Assembly: GCA_963743525.1 (NCBI GenBank) | Contig: CAVUQH010000002.1 | Location: 128,001 to 192,000 of the forward strand | DNA length: 64,000 bases | Source of the DNA: an uncultured delta proteobacterium | Lineage (GTDB): Bacteria > Myxococcota_A > Polyangia > Haliangiales > Haliangiaceae | Reading direction: 5' to 3' | Shown here: in pieces, positions 15,645 to 26,790 of the stretch | Numbering within the stretch: the stretch's first letter is position 1 | Layout of the letters: each line of letters opens with the position of its first letter | Program-made: the position numbers and the translations under genes | The notes under the pieces: model-generated | The model's input: the letters and a program-made list of their open reading frames with translations, nothing else | Database searches by the model: none | Told to the model about the DNA's origin: nothing

Positions 15645-16880
15645 TCACGACGGGGACGGCAGCGCAGGCAGTGACGGGGCTGCGCCGGCCCCGGCCAGGC
15701 GCAGCTGTTGCCGCCGGCGGCGTGCCCGCAAGGCGTGGCGAATCAGTGCCTTGTACAGGCGCAGCTTCTGGTCGGCCAGGATCTGCGAGCCGTCCACCCG
15801 GCTGGCGTACATCTCCAGCACCTGCGGGTCGTACAGCACCAGCGATAGCCAGCGCTCCCAGTTCTTGCTGCGATAGAGCAGCCAGGCCAGCCAGCGGTCC
15901 AGGGCCAACTCGCGGCCGACCGTCGCCTTGCGCAGGCGGCGGCGGTAGCTGGCGAGCGAGAAGTCGCCGGTGCGGAACGCCTCGTCGATGCAGTCTCCGG
16001 CGACCAGCGCCTGTTCCAGCGCTACGGCGATCCCCTCGCCAGTGAGGCCGTCGATGCCGGCGGCGTCGCCGATGGTCAGGACCCGGGGCGCAGCCACCGC
16101 CTTGCCCGGGTGATAGCCCCAGACCGGCCAGCCGCGGGTGCCCTTGTCGGGCAAGGTCAGGCCCAGCTCGGCCAGGCCGTCGCGAAGCATGTCGATCAGC
16201 GCCGGCCCGCCGAGCCGCGACGACGGATAGTGCATGAGGCCGACGTTGACCCGATTGCCCGGCACCGGGAAGACCCACAGATAGCCGCGCAGCCCGCGGC
16301 GCATCGGCGTGAAGTCGTAGAGCATGGCGTCGTCGGGGGCCGTGCCGGGCAGCGCCAGCTCGGCGCGGAACAACCGGTGGGGCAGCGCCTTCTCGCCGAG
16401 CAGCTGCTTGCGCACCACCGACGCCGCGCCGTCGGCGCCGACCAGCACCGAGGCGGTGAGCGCGCGCCCGCGCGACGTGTGCACGACCACGTGGTCCGGC
16501 TCGACGGCGTAGCCGGTGACGCCCTCCCCTTCGACGATGTCGACGCCGCGACGCCGCGCCTGATCGGCCAGGTTGGCGTCGAGCTCCTCGCGGCGGACGA
16601 CGTTGACCGGCTTGTCCAGCGTGACGACGCGCTCGAAGCTACCGTAGCGGACGCGCGCGGTCTTGGCCGGCCAGGCCGGCACCTCGAGCTCCAGGCCGAG
16701 CTCGGCCATGGCCGCGTCCATGTGACCCGTGAGCCCGCCGCCGCACGGCTTGTCGCGGGGAAAGCGGTAGCGCTCGAGCACCAGCACGCGATCGGCCGGC
16801 CGCTCGCGCACCAGGCGGGCGGCCATGGCCGAGCCACCGGGGCCGGCCCCGGCGACGATCACGTCGAACTGCGGTCGCAC
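15645..16880 (-). CDS. Geranylgeranyl-reductase-family FAD oxidoreductase
   Basis: Motifs GAGPGG, FPRDKPCGGG, VGADGA.S, GYLWVFP and GDAAG..GLTGEGI. Confidence 0.88.
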   Translation of the reverse strand: MRPQFDVIVAGAGPGGSAMAARLVRERPADRVLVLERYRFPRDKPCGGGLTGHMDAAMAELGLELEVPAWPAKTARVRYGSFERVVTLDKPVNVVRREELDANLADQARRRGVDIVEGEGVTGYAVEPDHVVVHTSRGRALTASVLVGADGAASVVRKQLLGEKALPHRLFRAELALPGTAPDDAMLYDFTPMRRGLRGYLWVFPVPGNRVNVGLMHYPSSRLGGPALIDMLRDGLAELGLTLPDKGTRGWPVWGYHPGKAVAAPRVLTIGDAAGIDGLTGEGIAVALEQALVAGDCIDEAFRTGDFSLASYRRRLRKATVGRELALDRWLAWLLYRSKNWERWLSLVLYDPQVLEMYASRVDGSQILADQKLRLYKALIRHALRARRRRQQLRLAGAGAAPSLPALPSPS

Positions 16881-16918
16881 GGCGTGTTTCTAGCACGCCG
16901 CGCGGCAACGTGGGGCGC

Positions 16919-17612
16919 TCAGAGGTTGGCGTAGGCGTCGACGGTGACCAGCGAGTCGAGCGCGCCGTTGGGCACCGGATCTCCGGCCGAAACCGTCACC
17001 TGGCCGCCGACGATGACGTTGAACTCGGTCTTCCAGTCGCCCATGAACTCTTCCAGGTTGGCCTGGCCGTCGGCGGTGATGACCACGTCGCGGTCGGTCA
17101 CGGTTTCACCGGCCGCGATCGGCTGAATGGTGCCGACCAGCTTGGCCTGCGGATCGCCGGGTGCAGTCACGCCGACTGGCGCGACATAGAGCGACAGCTC
17201 CGGCGTCGGCACGTTGAGCGAGTTGGGACTGACCGAGTAGTGGACACGCTCGACGTGGACCTCGATGAGCGGCTGCTTGGCAACCGTGTTGAGCTCGGGA
17301 CGCTCGTTGGCCAGGTTGATGGTCTGGAACAGCGACACCAGGATCAGCGCCTTGCAGTTGGTGCCGTCGCAGCTGCCGAAGCAGGCATCGGCGTTGCCGC
17401 AGGCCTGGCTGATGCCGGCCGAGCAGACGCCCTGGTTCTGGCTGCAGTCGATGGCCGGGAAGGTCGCGTCGCTGGTCAGCTGCCACTGCGCCGAGTTCGA
17501 CGGTGAACTTCTTGTCGGAGACGCGCATGTCGAAGCGCGTGATGTCCGAAGAGATGAGCCCACAGCCGCCGAGCGCCAGCAGCGCCGAGAGCGAGAGGAT
17601 CCAACGGGTCAT
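16919..17612 (-). CDS. Cys-rich lipoprotein, interrupted by a +1 frameshift near 17495-17501 (probably a consensus error)
   Basis: The lipobox N-terminus (LALGGC) is in one frame and the body (SAQWQLTSD...AYANL) in another; the span is 3n+1. Removing one base of GTTCGAC gives KFTVDSAQW. Confidence 0.75.
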
Positions 17613-17771
17613 AGTCTAAGTCCTCCTGCAGCTGCCCGATCAGGACAGTCCTACCAGGGTATCACCCGCTACACCCGATCGCGACCCACACCCGCGGGGC
17701 CAGTGACCGCGGTCACCGGCAGCTCGAGCGCCGACTTGCAGATCCGACGCCGACGACCGACACTTCGCCGC

Positions 17772-19691
17772 ATGAGCGAGCGGATGTGGGAGCCGTCGCC
17801 CGAGCGCGTCAGCGCCGCGAAGTTGAGCCGTTTCATGGCCGGGGTCGGGCAGTCCGACTACGCGTCGTTGTACCGCTGGTCGATCGAACGACCGGCCGCG
17901 TTCTGGCGGGCGGTGTGGGACTTTTGCACAGTGATCGCGGAGACACCCGGCGACGAGGTGGTGCGCGATCTCGACCGCATGCCGGGAGCCAAATGGTTCC
18001 CGGACGCGCGGCTGTCGTTCGCCGAGAACCTGCTCCGCTACCGCGACGAGCACATTGCGCTACTGGCACGCGACGAGCGCGGGCGCTCGCGCCAGGTGAC
18101 GTACGCCGAGCTGTACGCGGAGGTCGCGCGGGTCGCGCGGGCGCTGCGCGCGCACGGCGTCGTCGCCGGTGACCGCGTCGCCGGCTTCGTGCCCAACATC
18201 GTCGAGTCGGTGGTGGCGATGCTCGCGGCGACCAGTATCGGCGCCATCTGGTCGTCGTCGTCCCCCGACTTCGGTCTGGCCGGTGTGCTCGATCGCTTCG
18301 GGCAGATCGAGCCGCGGGTGCTGTTCTGCGCCGACGGCTACTCCTACAACGGCAAGGAGATCGACTCGCTCGAGCGGGTCCGCGGCATCCTCGACGAGCT
18401 GCCCAGCGTGGAGAAGACCGTGGTGGTGCCGTACACCGGGCGGCCACTGTCCCTGGACGGCATCCGCGGCGGCGTGTCGTGGCGCGACTTCGCCGGTGAC
18501 GACGACGCAGGCGAGATCGAGTTCGCCCGCCTGCCGTTCGATCACCCGCTCTACATCATGTACTCGTCCGGCACCACCGGCGTACCCAAGTGCATCGTCC
18601 ACGGCGCCGGCGGCACCCTCTTGCAGCACCTCAAGGAGCACGTGCTGCACACCGACATCGGCCGCGACGACAAGCTGTTCTACTTCACCACCTGCGGGTG
18701 GATGATGTGGAACTGGCTGGTCAGCGGACTGGCCAGCGGCGCGACGGTGATGCTGTTCGACGGCTCGCCGGCCCACCCGGGTCCGGACGTGTTGTGGAAG
18801 TGGGCCGAGGAGACCGGCATGACCGTCTTCGGCACCAGCGCCAAGTACCTGTCGGCGATCGAGAAAGCCGGCGTCCGCCCCGCCGACTTCGAATTGTCCG
18901 CGCTGCGCGCGGTGCTGTTCACCGGCTCGGTGCTGGCGCCCGAGCAGTTCGACTGGGTCTACGACGCGGTGAAGAAGGACCTGCAGCTGGCGTCGATCTC
19001 CGGCGGCACCGACATCATCTCCTGCTTCGCCCTGGGCAACCCGATCGGCCCGGTCTACCGCGGCGAGCTGCAGACCCGTGGTCTGGGCATGAAGGTCGAG
19101 GTCTACGACGAGAACGGCCAGTCGGTGGTCGGGCAAAAAGGCGAGCTCTGCTGCACCATGCCGTTCCCGTCGATGCCGATCTACTTCTGGAACGACGAGG
19201 GCAACCAGCGCTACCGCGACTCCTACTTCGCCCGCTTCCCCGGCGTCTGGTGTCACGGCGACTTCGCCGAGCTGACCAACCACGGCGGCCTGATCATCTA
19301 CGGCCGCTCCGACGCGACGCTCAACCCCGGCGGCGTGCGCATCGGCACCGCCGAGATCTACCGCGTCGTCGAGACCCTCGACGACATCGTCGAAGCGGTC
19401 GCCGTCGGCCAGGAGTGGGAGGGCGACGTCCGCGTCTGCCTGTTCGTCGTCCTGCGCCCCGGCGCCGAGCTGACCCCCGAGCTCGAAAAGACCATCCGCA
19501 CCCGCCTGCGCGCCGAGGCCTCCCCCCGCCACGTCCCCGCCGTCATCCGCGCCGTCCCGGCAATCCCCCGCACCATCAGCGGCAAGATCGTCGAGCTGGC
19601 CATCCAGAACGTCCTCCACGGCCGCCCAGTTAGAAACGTCGACGCCCTGGCCAACCCCGAAGCCCTCGACCACTTCAAGAACCTCATCTAG
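17772..19691 (+). CDS. Acetoacetate--CoA ligase
   Basis: Motifs [69 protein letters not shown] and NPEAL. Confidence 0.95.
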   Translation: MSERMWEPSPERVSAAKLSRFMAGVGQSDYASLYRWSIERPAAFWRAVWDFCTVIAETPGDEVVRDLDRMPGAKWFPDARLSFAENLLRYRDEHIALLARDERGRSRQVTYAELYAEVARVARALRAHGVVAGDRVAGFVPNIVESVVAMLAATSIGAIWSSSSPDFGLAGVLDRFGQIEPRVLFCADGYSYNGKEIDSLERVRGILDELPSVEKTVVVPYTGRPLSLDGIRGGVSWRDFAGDDDAGEIEFARLPFDHPLYIMYSSGTTGVPKCIVHGAGGTLLQHLKEHVLHTDIGRDDKLFYFTTCGWMMWNWLVSGLASGATVMLFDGSPAHPGPDVLWKWAEETGMTVFGTSAKYLSAIEKAGVRPADFELSALRAVLFTGSVLAPEQFDWVYDAVKKDLQLASISGGTDIISCFALGNPIGPVYRGELQTRGLGMKVEVYDENGQSVVGQKGELCCTMPFPSMPIYFWNDEGNQRYRDSYFARFPGVWCHGDFAELTNHGGLIIYGRSDATLNPGGVRIGTAEIYRVVETLDDIVEAVAVGQEWEGDVRVCLFVVLRPGAELTPELEKTIRTRLRAEASPRHVPAVIRAVPAIPRTISGKIVELAIQNVLHGRPVRNVDALANPEALDHFKNLI

Positions 19692-19828
19692 GGTCAGATC
19701 CAACTTTTGAAACTTGCATCGGCCAACCCACCGAAACTGCAGCTGTTGCCTCGTTCCGGTGCCTGAACCGGGTTTCGAGTGATTCCTGCCGGTTGCGAGG
19801 CGTAAGTTTCAGAAGTTGGATCTGACCC
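19691..19828. mobile_element. MITE/REPIN-like element with 25-bp terminal inverted repeats
   Basis: GGGTCAGATCCAACTTTTGAAACTT (19691-19715) matches the reverse complement of 19804-19828 (GGGTCAGATCCAACTTCTGAAACTT) at 24/25. It is AT-richer than its flanks and lies between convergent genes. Confidence 0.75.
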
Positions 19829-19833
19829 CGGTG

Positions 19834-20790
19834 TTAGACGCGGTCGAGGATCTGTTCGGCGGCGGTGTAGGGATCCAGGTCGCGTTGGGCGACGCGGTCG
19901 GCGAGGTCGTCCATGCCGCCGAGGGCGGCGAAGGCGGTTTCGGCGCGGTCGGCGAGGAGGCCGCGGACGAGCTCGGTGACGTAGGAGAGGGCGCGGATGC
20001 GGGCGCGGCGGGTGCCGGTGTCGCCGGCGGAGGTGAGCTCGCGGTGGCGCTCGACGGCGTCGGCCAGGTCGGCGATGCCGGAGGTTTCCTTCATGCCCTG
20101 GGTGGCGATGGTCTGAATGATCTCGACCTCGCGACTCGCGTGGCCTTCGCTGCCCGGGCGCAGCTCGAGCATGTGGATCAGATCGCGGACGGTGCGGTCG
20201 GCGCCCTCGCGGTCGGCCTTGTTGACGCACAGGACGTCGGCGATCTCGAGCAGACCGGCCTTGATCGCCTGGATGTCGTCGCCCAGGCCCGGCACGGTGA
20301 CCACCACCGACGTATAGGCCGAGCGCATGACGTCGATCTCGTCCTGGCCGACGCCGACGGTCTCGACCAGGATGCGGTCGTAGCCCATGGCGTCGAGCAC
20401 GCTGACGACGTCGAAGGTCGACCGCGACAGGCCGCCCAGGTGACCACGGGTGGCCAGCGATCGAATGAACACGCCCTCGTCCAGGGCGTGGCGCTGCATG
20501 CGGATGCGATCGCCGAGGATGGCGCCACCCGAGAACGGCGACGTCGGATCGACGGCGACCACGCCGACGGTCTCGCCGCGGGCGCGATAGGTGCCGATGA
20601 GCGCGTCGACCACCGTCGACTTGCCGGCCCCCGGGTTGCCGGTGATGCCGACGATGTAGCCGCGACCGGTGTGCGGATACAGCGCCTTGAGGTCGTCGAT
20701 CGCCCCGGGCATGCGGTCGTCGATGTCGCGCATCAGGCGCGACGCCGCTCTGATGTCGCCGGCAGCGACCAGATCTGCGCGCTTGCTCAT
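19834..20790 (-). CDS. meaB: Methylmalonyl-CoA mutase-associated GTPase MeaB
   Basis: Motifs GITGNPGAGKST, VDPTSPFSGGAILGDRIRM, FIRSLATRG, ETVGVGQDE and VNKAD. Confidence 0.95.
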   Translation of the reverse strand: MSKRADLVAAGDIRAASRLMRDIDDRMPGAIDDLKALYPHTGRGYIVGITGNPGAGKSTVVDALIGTYRARGETVGVVAVDPTSPFSGGAILGDRIRMQRHALDEGVFIRSLATRGHLGGLSRSTFDVVSVLDAMGYDRILVETVGVGQDEIDVMRSAYTSVVVTVPGLGDDIQAIKAGLLEIADVLCVNKADREGADRTVRDLIHMLELRPGSEGHASREVEIIQTIATQGMKETSGIADLADAVERHRELTSAGDTGTRRARIRALSYVTELVRGLLADRAETAFAALGGMDDLADRVAQRDLDPYTAAEQILDRV

Positions 20791-20795
20791 GCTTC

Positions 20796-21977
20796 CTACT
20801 TCTGCGGGGCCGGCGCGAACCGCTGCTCGGGCCCGCTGGGTGTGTAGAACTGCACCGCCTCGACATCGCTGGCGGCAACAAAGGAGTGCTGCAGGCCGGG
20901 CGGCACCTGCACGACGATCGGCGCTTCGATCGGGAACTGCCGCTTGCCCACGGTCATGGTGCCCGAGCCTTTGTAGATGTACAGCAGCTCGGTCTCTTTG
21001 CCGTGGCTGTGCGGCGGCACCTGAGCGCCGGCAACCATGCCGATGATGCCGGCGTAGATACCGCCGCCGCTGGCCTTCGCCGACGCCGGCATCTCGACCC
21101 AGCCCTTGCCGCCGGCGATCGAGATCGCCTCGAGCTTGGCGGTGTCGAGCACCGTCATGACCGGCGCGTGGCGCTTCGCCTTGGCCGGCGCATCCACAAT
21201 CCGCACCGCCGCCGGGGCGATCACGCGAACCAGCTGCAGCGCCTCGTCACCGGTCTGAGCGATGTCGTAGACCGCGTTGGCCGGCACCACCACCATGCTG
21301 CCGGTGACCAGCGGATGGCCGCGCTTCACCCCGCCTCGATCGTACGCAACCCCCTGCCCCGCAGCGACGTAGAAGACCTGCGCGCCGTCCGGCGTCACGT
21401 GCAGCCCCAGGTCGAAGCCGCCGGACAGCTCCATCAGCGTCATCGACGCCGCGCTGTTGCCGCTGTTCTGCGGCGTCAGCACGCGCCGGTAGACCATCGT
21501 CTTCGGCGCCGTGCCGCTGGTCTCCGCCGGAATCAGCGCCGGGTCGACAGTGTACTGCCCGCTCGGCGCGTCGAACTGCACCGGCACCTTGATGGTGGTC
21601 GAATCGTCGAAGACCGGCGGCCAAACGTAGGCCTTGTAGCCGTCGACCAGGCAGCGGGTCAGCGCCGGGTCGTTGGCCGTGTCCTCGGTGGCCTCGACCC
21701 TGGTCGGTGCGCCCCTGGCGCCCAGCGTGATCGACAGGACCACGCGCCCGGACAGGCGGAAATCATCGGCCGCGCCGACCGCCCAGCAGTGCTCGCGCAG
21801 CGCGGCGGTGTCCTCCATCACGTGGACGAACGCGGCCGTGCGCACGTCCTCGAGGTTGGGCCCGGCGTCCGCCTGCGCGCCGGCAGCTGGCTGCGGCGGC
21901 GCCGGCGCGGGCACCGGCGGAGGTGGGCTGGCGCAGGCCGCGGCGAGAGCCAGGCTCGAGGCCAGCCAGCGGATCAC
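20796..21977 (-). CDS. Lipoprotein with an AgmX/PglI (TonB-C-like) domain fused to two cupin domains
   Basis: GTG start overlaps the upstream TGA; lipobox LAAAC and a Pro-rich linker; 'LREHCW...LSGRVVLSITL...D.ALTRCL...WP...PVQF'; C-terminal cupin PPHSH...ELLY...PPG.QH. Confidence 0.75.
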   Translation of the reverse strand: MIRWLASSLALAAACASPPPPVPAPAPPQPAAGAQADAGPNLEDVRTAAFVHVMEDTAALREHCWAVGAADDFRLSGRVVLSITLGARGAPTRVEATEDTANDPALTRCLVDGYKAYVWPPVFDDSTTIKVPVQFDAPSGQYTVDPALIPAETSGTAPKTMVYRRVLTPQNSGNSAASMTLMELSGGFDLGLHVTPDGAQVFYVAAGQGVAYDRGGVKRGHPLVTGSMVVVPANAVYDIAQTGDEALQLVRVIAPAAVRIVDAPAKAKRHAPVMTVLDTAKLEAISIAGGKGWVEMPASAKASGGGIYAGIIGMVAGAQVPPHSHGKETELLYIYKGSGTMTVGKRQFPIEAPIVVQVPPGLQHSFVAASDVEAVQFYTPSGPEQRFAPAPQK

Positions 21978-22402
21978 GAGGCGGCAGCCTCCACCTTGGG
22001 ACGCAGCTCGCCTTCGACCCAGTCGATGATCTCCTGGGTCGATGCACCCGGCGTGAACACCTTGGTCACGCCCATCTCGCGCAGCGGCTCCATGTCGCCG
22101 TCGGGAATGATGCCGCCGCCGAAGACCACCACGTCGCCGGCACCGCGCTTCTCGAGCGCGTCGATGACCGCCTTGAACAGGGTCAGGTGGGCGCCGGACA
22201 TGATCGACAGACCGACGGCGTCGACCGCCTCCTGCACCGCCGCCGCCGCGATCATGTCGGGGGTCTGGTGCAACCCGGTGTAGACGACCTCGTAGCCGGC
22301 GTCGGCCAGCGCCCGCGCCACCACCTTGGCGCCGCGGTCGTGGCCGTCGAGCCCCGGCTTGGCGACGAGGATCCTCAGCTTGCGCTTGTTTTCCTGGGAC
22401 AT
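21974..22402 (-). CDS. Cobalamin-binding small subunit of acyl-CoA mutase
   Basis: Motifs AKPGLDGHDRGAKV (DxHxxG), GLSIMSGAH, GGIIP and VFTPG. Confidence 0.95.
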   Translation of the reverse strand: MSQENKRKLRILVAKPGLDGHDRGAKVVARALADAGYEVVYTGLHQTPDMIAAAAVQEAVDAVGLSIMSGAHLTLFKAVIDALEKRGAGDVVVFGGGIIPDGDMEPLREMGVTKVFTPGASTQEIIDWVEGELRPKVEAAAS

Positions 22403-22411
22403 TGCTACCTC

Positions 22412-23564
22412 TCAGGCGCCCAGCTCTTTGACGAGCTGGCGCGCGATGACGATCCGTTGAATCTCGCTGGTGCCCTCGTAGATGCGGGTCACGCGAACGT
22501 CGCGATAGGCGCGCTCGACCGGAAAGTCGCGGGTGTAGCCGTAGCCGCCGTGGACCTGGATGGCGATGTCGCAGATCTGGCACGCCTTCTCGCTGGCGAA
22601 CAGCTTGGCCATCGACGCTTCCTTGGTGAACGGCAGCCCCTTCTGCTTGCGCCAGGCGGCGCGCAGGGTCAGCAGCGTGGCCGCCTCCAGCCAGGTGGCG
22701 CAGTCGGCCAGCATGTTGCCGATCGCCTGGTGGCGGATGATCGGCTGGCCGAAGGTCTCGCGCTCGGTGGCGTAGCGCGTGGCCGCCTCCAGCGCCCCGC
22801 GCGCGGCGCCGATCGCCTGCGACGAGATGCCGATGCGACCGCCGTCGAGGGCGACCATCGCCAGCTTGAAGCCGTCGCCGACCTGCCCCAGCACCGCGTC
22901 CTCGCCGACCTCGACGCCGTCGAGGGACAGCTGCACGGTGGCGCTGCCGCGCAGGCCCATCTTCTCCTCGGCCTTGCTCACGGTCAGCCCGGGCGCACCG
23001 CCCGGCACCAGGAACGCCGAGATGCCGCGGTGGCCGGCGCTGGCTGTCGGTGACCGCCCAGACCACCATCACCCCGGCGCGGTCGCCGCTGGTGATCCAC
23101 TGCTTGGTCCCGGTCAGCTTCCAGCCGGTGGCGGTGCGCTGGGCGCGGGTGCTCATCGCCGCCGGATCCGAGCCGGCCTGCGGCTCCGACAGCGCAAAGC
23201 TGCCGGCGATGTGCTCGCCCGAGCAGAGGCGGGTGACGTGCTGCTGCTTGTGCGCATCGCTGCCGAAGCGCGAGATCAGCTCGGCGACCATGTTGGTCAC
23301 CGACACCTCGACCGCCACCGACGGGTCGACCCGCGCCAGCTCCTGCATGACCAGGGAGAAGGCGACGGCGCCGGCCTCGGCCCCGCCCCACTTTTCCGGC
23401 ACGTTGACGCCGAGCAGACCCAGCTTGGCCAGCTCGCGGTGCTCGTCCAGCGGCCGCGTCTCGTCGACGTCGCGGCGCGCGGCCAGCGGCGCGAGCCGCC
23501 GCTCGGCGAAGTCGCGCGCGGTCTTGCGGATGAGCTCCTGTTCCTCGGTGATCGCCAGCTCCAT
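22412..23564 (-). CDS. Acyl-CoA dehydrogenase (+1 frameshift near 23042-23048, probably a consensus error)
   Basis: The N-half (MELAITEEQ...FALSEPQAGSD...GTKQWIT) and C-half (EKMGLRGS...QVHGGYGY...RIYEGTSEIQR) are in different frames; the span is 3n+1. Confidence 0.88.
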
Positions 23565-23566
23565 GA

Positions 23567-24352
23567 CTACTGCTCGACGGCCTCGGGCGCGTAGCGGAAG
23601 CTGGCCTTGGCGATCTTGCCCCGCGGATCGGACAGCTTCCACGCCTGGATCGCCTGCGCCGCGCAGGTGGCCCAGTCGTCGCTGATGGCGGCACCGCTGG
23701 GCGCCGAGAAACCGGCCGACAGCACCTTGCCGCGGGTGCCGACGTACAGCGTGACCCACGCGTCCGCCGGCGCCGGCTGACACGCCGCCAGCTCGGTCAG
23801 CTTGGTCGCCACTTCCTGGTCGGCCTTGTCCTCCTCCCACCAGGTCACGGCGCGCTTGCCGCTGAACTCGAGCGGGATGTCGAACACCGCCTCGCCGCCG
23901 TGAGGCCTGGCGAAGGTCATCGCCCGAGCGACCCCCAGCAGGCACGCCTCGATATCCCACGAGCCCAGGTCGCTCTCGCCGACGTTGACCGCTTTGACCG
24001 TGCCGTCGGGATTGACCACGAAGTCGAGGCGAATCTTGCCACCGATGTAGTTGCGCCTCTTGATCCGCGAGGTGTAGCAGGCGCTCAGCGCGCCCCGGTG
24101 CGGGTCGAGGCCGTGGCGGATGTCGTACTCGTCGAGGTGACCGCGCAGGCCGGCAACGGCGAGCCCGCTGCCGTCGTCTTCGTCGTCGTCGAGCGTCGGC
24201 CCGGTCGACCGATGGTCGGTCGGTCGGTCGCCCAGCTCCATGCGGTTGTCCTCCGCGGCCTTGGGCTGTTGGGTCGCAGGCTTGTCGGCGCCGCCACACG
24301 CGGCCAGCGGCAACGACAGGAGCAACAACAGGGCGGACGAGATGGACTTCAT
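23567..24352 (-). CDS. AgmX/PglI C-terminal-domain (TonB-C-like) lipoprotein, two domains
   Basis: Lipobox LAAC; 'CY......GG.I.L.FVV..DGTV..V....SDLG...IEACL......MTF..P.GG....IPLEF'. Confidence 0.75.
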   Translation of the reverse strand: MKSISSALLLLLSLPLAACGGADKPATQQPKAAEDNRMELGDRPTDHRSTGPTLDDDEDDGSGLAVAGLRGHLDEYDIRHGLDPHRGALSACYTSRIKRRNYIGGKIRLDFVVNPDGTVKAVNVGESDLGSWDIEACLLGVARAMTFARPHGGEAVFDIPLEFSGKRAVTWWEEDKADQEVATKLTELAACQPAPADAWVTLYVGTRGKVLSAGFSAPSGAAISDDWATCAAQAIQAWKLSDPRGKIAKASFRYAPEAVEQ

Positions 24353-24362
24353 GGGACTCCTA

Positions 24363-24799
24363 CTACAGGTTGGAGAAGCCGAAGGTGAAGGAGTAGTCGA
24401 GCGGCTTCTCGAGGGTCGTGATCTTCCAGCGCTTGGCCTTTTCCAGGACGCAGCGCTCGAGGGTCTTGGACTTGGGCTCTTCCTCGGTGATCTTGATGTT
24501 GCCGACGGTGCCGTCGGTCTGCACCTGGAAGCTGAGCGTCATGTGACCGCTCTGGCCGGACTTGACCTCGCCCGCCTCGAGCGCATCACCCCAGCAGTAG
24601 GCGACGAAGTTGCGCTGGCGGTCCATGTAGCGCTGGACCGCATCGAGCTTCTCCTGCGGGACGATGTACTCCTCCGGCTGGTCCTGCTGACCAGCCCCAT
24701 CATCGTCCCCGGCGACCGGCTCCTCCACCTTCTTGTGTCCGCCGCCACACGCCGTCGCTCCCACGCCCAAAGCCAGAATGATCGCCGTCGCCATTGCCT

Positions 24800-24803
<4 letters not shown>
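24363..24803 (-). CDS. AgmX/PglI C-terminal-domain lipoprotein
   Basis: ATGA overlap; lipobox ATAC; 'CW.DAL..GEV...SG.MTL.FQV..DGTV....I......LERCV......W'. Confidence 0.75.
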
Positions 24804-25951
<1,148 letters not shown>

Positions 25952-25990
25952 GGTCGAGTACCTCTCTTGAACGGCGCGGACCGCGCCAGC

Positions 25991-26773
25991 TTACTTGCCC
26001 TGGAAGGTCGGGCTGCGCTTGTCGAGGAAGGCGCGCATCCCCTCGGTCTGGTCGTCGGTGTCGAACAGACTGGCAAAGCTGCGCTCCTCCAGGAGGATGG
26101 CCGAATCCAGGCTCATCGACTGGCCGACGTGGATGAGGCGCTTGGCCTCGGCCACCGCCACCGGGCCGTTGGCGGCGATGGTCGCCGCGGTCTTGGCCAC
26201 GGCGTCCATCAGCTGATCGGGCTCGAACACGGCGTCGGCCAGACCGATGCGCAGCGCCTCCGCGGCGTCGATGACGTCGCCGGTCAGGATCAGCTGCTTG
26301 GCCTTGGCCACGCCGACCCGGCGCATCAGCCGCTGCGTCCCGCCGAAGCCGGGGATGACGCCGAGCTTGACCTCGGGCTGGCCGAAGCGGGCCTTGGACG
26401 ACGCGTAGATGAAGTCGCAGGCCAGCGCCAGCTCGCAGCCACCGCCGAGGGCGAAGCCGTTGACCGCCGCGATCCACGGCTTGGCCGACGACTCGATCGA
26501 GCTGCCCAGGTTGGCGCCCATCTCCGACAGCGCCTGGGCCTCCATGGGGCCCAGCTCGACCATCTCGGCGATGTCGGCGCCGGCAACGAACGCCTTGGCG
26601 CCGGCCCCGGTCAGCGCGACCACGGCGATGCCGTCGTCGAGCTCGAGCTCGGCCGACGCGGTCGCCAGCTCGGACAGGACCTCGCTCGACAGTGCGTTGA
26701 GCGCCTTCTCCCGCTGCACGGTGACCACCGCGAGGTGGTCCCGGTGCTCGACCGAAATGTGCTGGTAGTCCAT
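25991..26773 (-). CDS. crt: Enoyl-CoA hydratase (crotonase)
   Basis: Motifs ALNAL, FVAGADI, AVNGFALGGGCELALACD and GQPEVKLGVIPGFGGTQRL. Confidence 0.92.
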   Translation of the reverse strand: MDYQHISVEHRDHLAVVTVQREKALNALSSEVLSELATASAELELDDGIAVVALTGAGAKAFVAGADIAEMVELGPMEAQALSEMGANLGSSIESSAKPWIAAVNGFALGGGCELALACDFIYASSKARFGQPEVKLGVIPGFGGTQRLMRRVGVAKAKQLILTGDVIDAAEALRIGLADAVFEPDQLMDAVAKTAATIAANGPVAVAEAKRLIHVGQSMSLDSAILLEERSFASLFDTDDQTEGMRAFLDKRSPTFQGK

Positions 26774-26790
26774 CGCGCCCCTCTGCCGGC

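Noticed and set aside
20796..24299. Single 1167-aa fusion ORF
   Set aside because: It is a chance in-frame join of the ACAD N-half and the cupin lipoprotein through stop-free shadow sequence; each gene has its own start.
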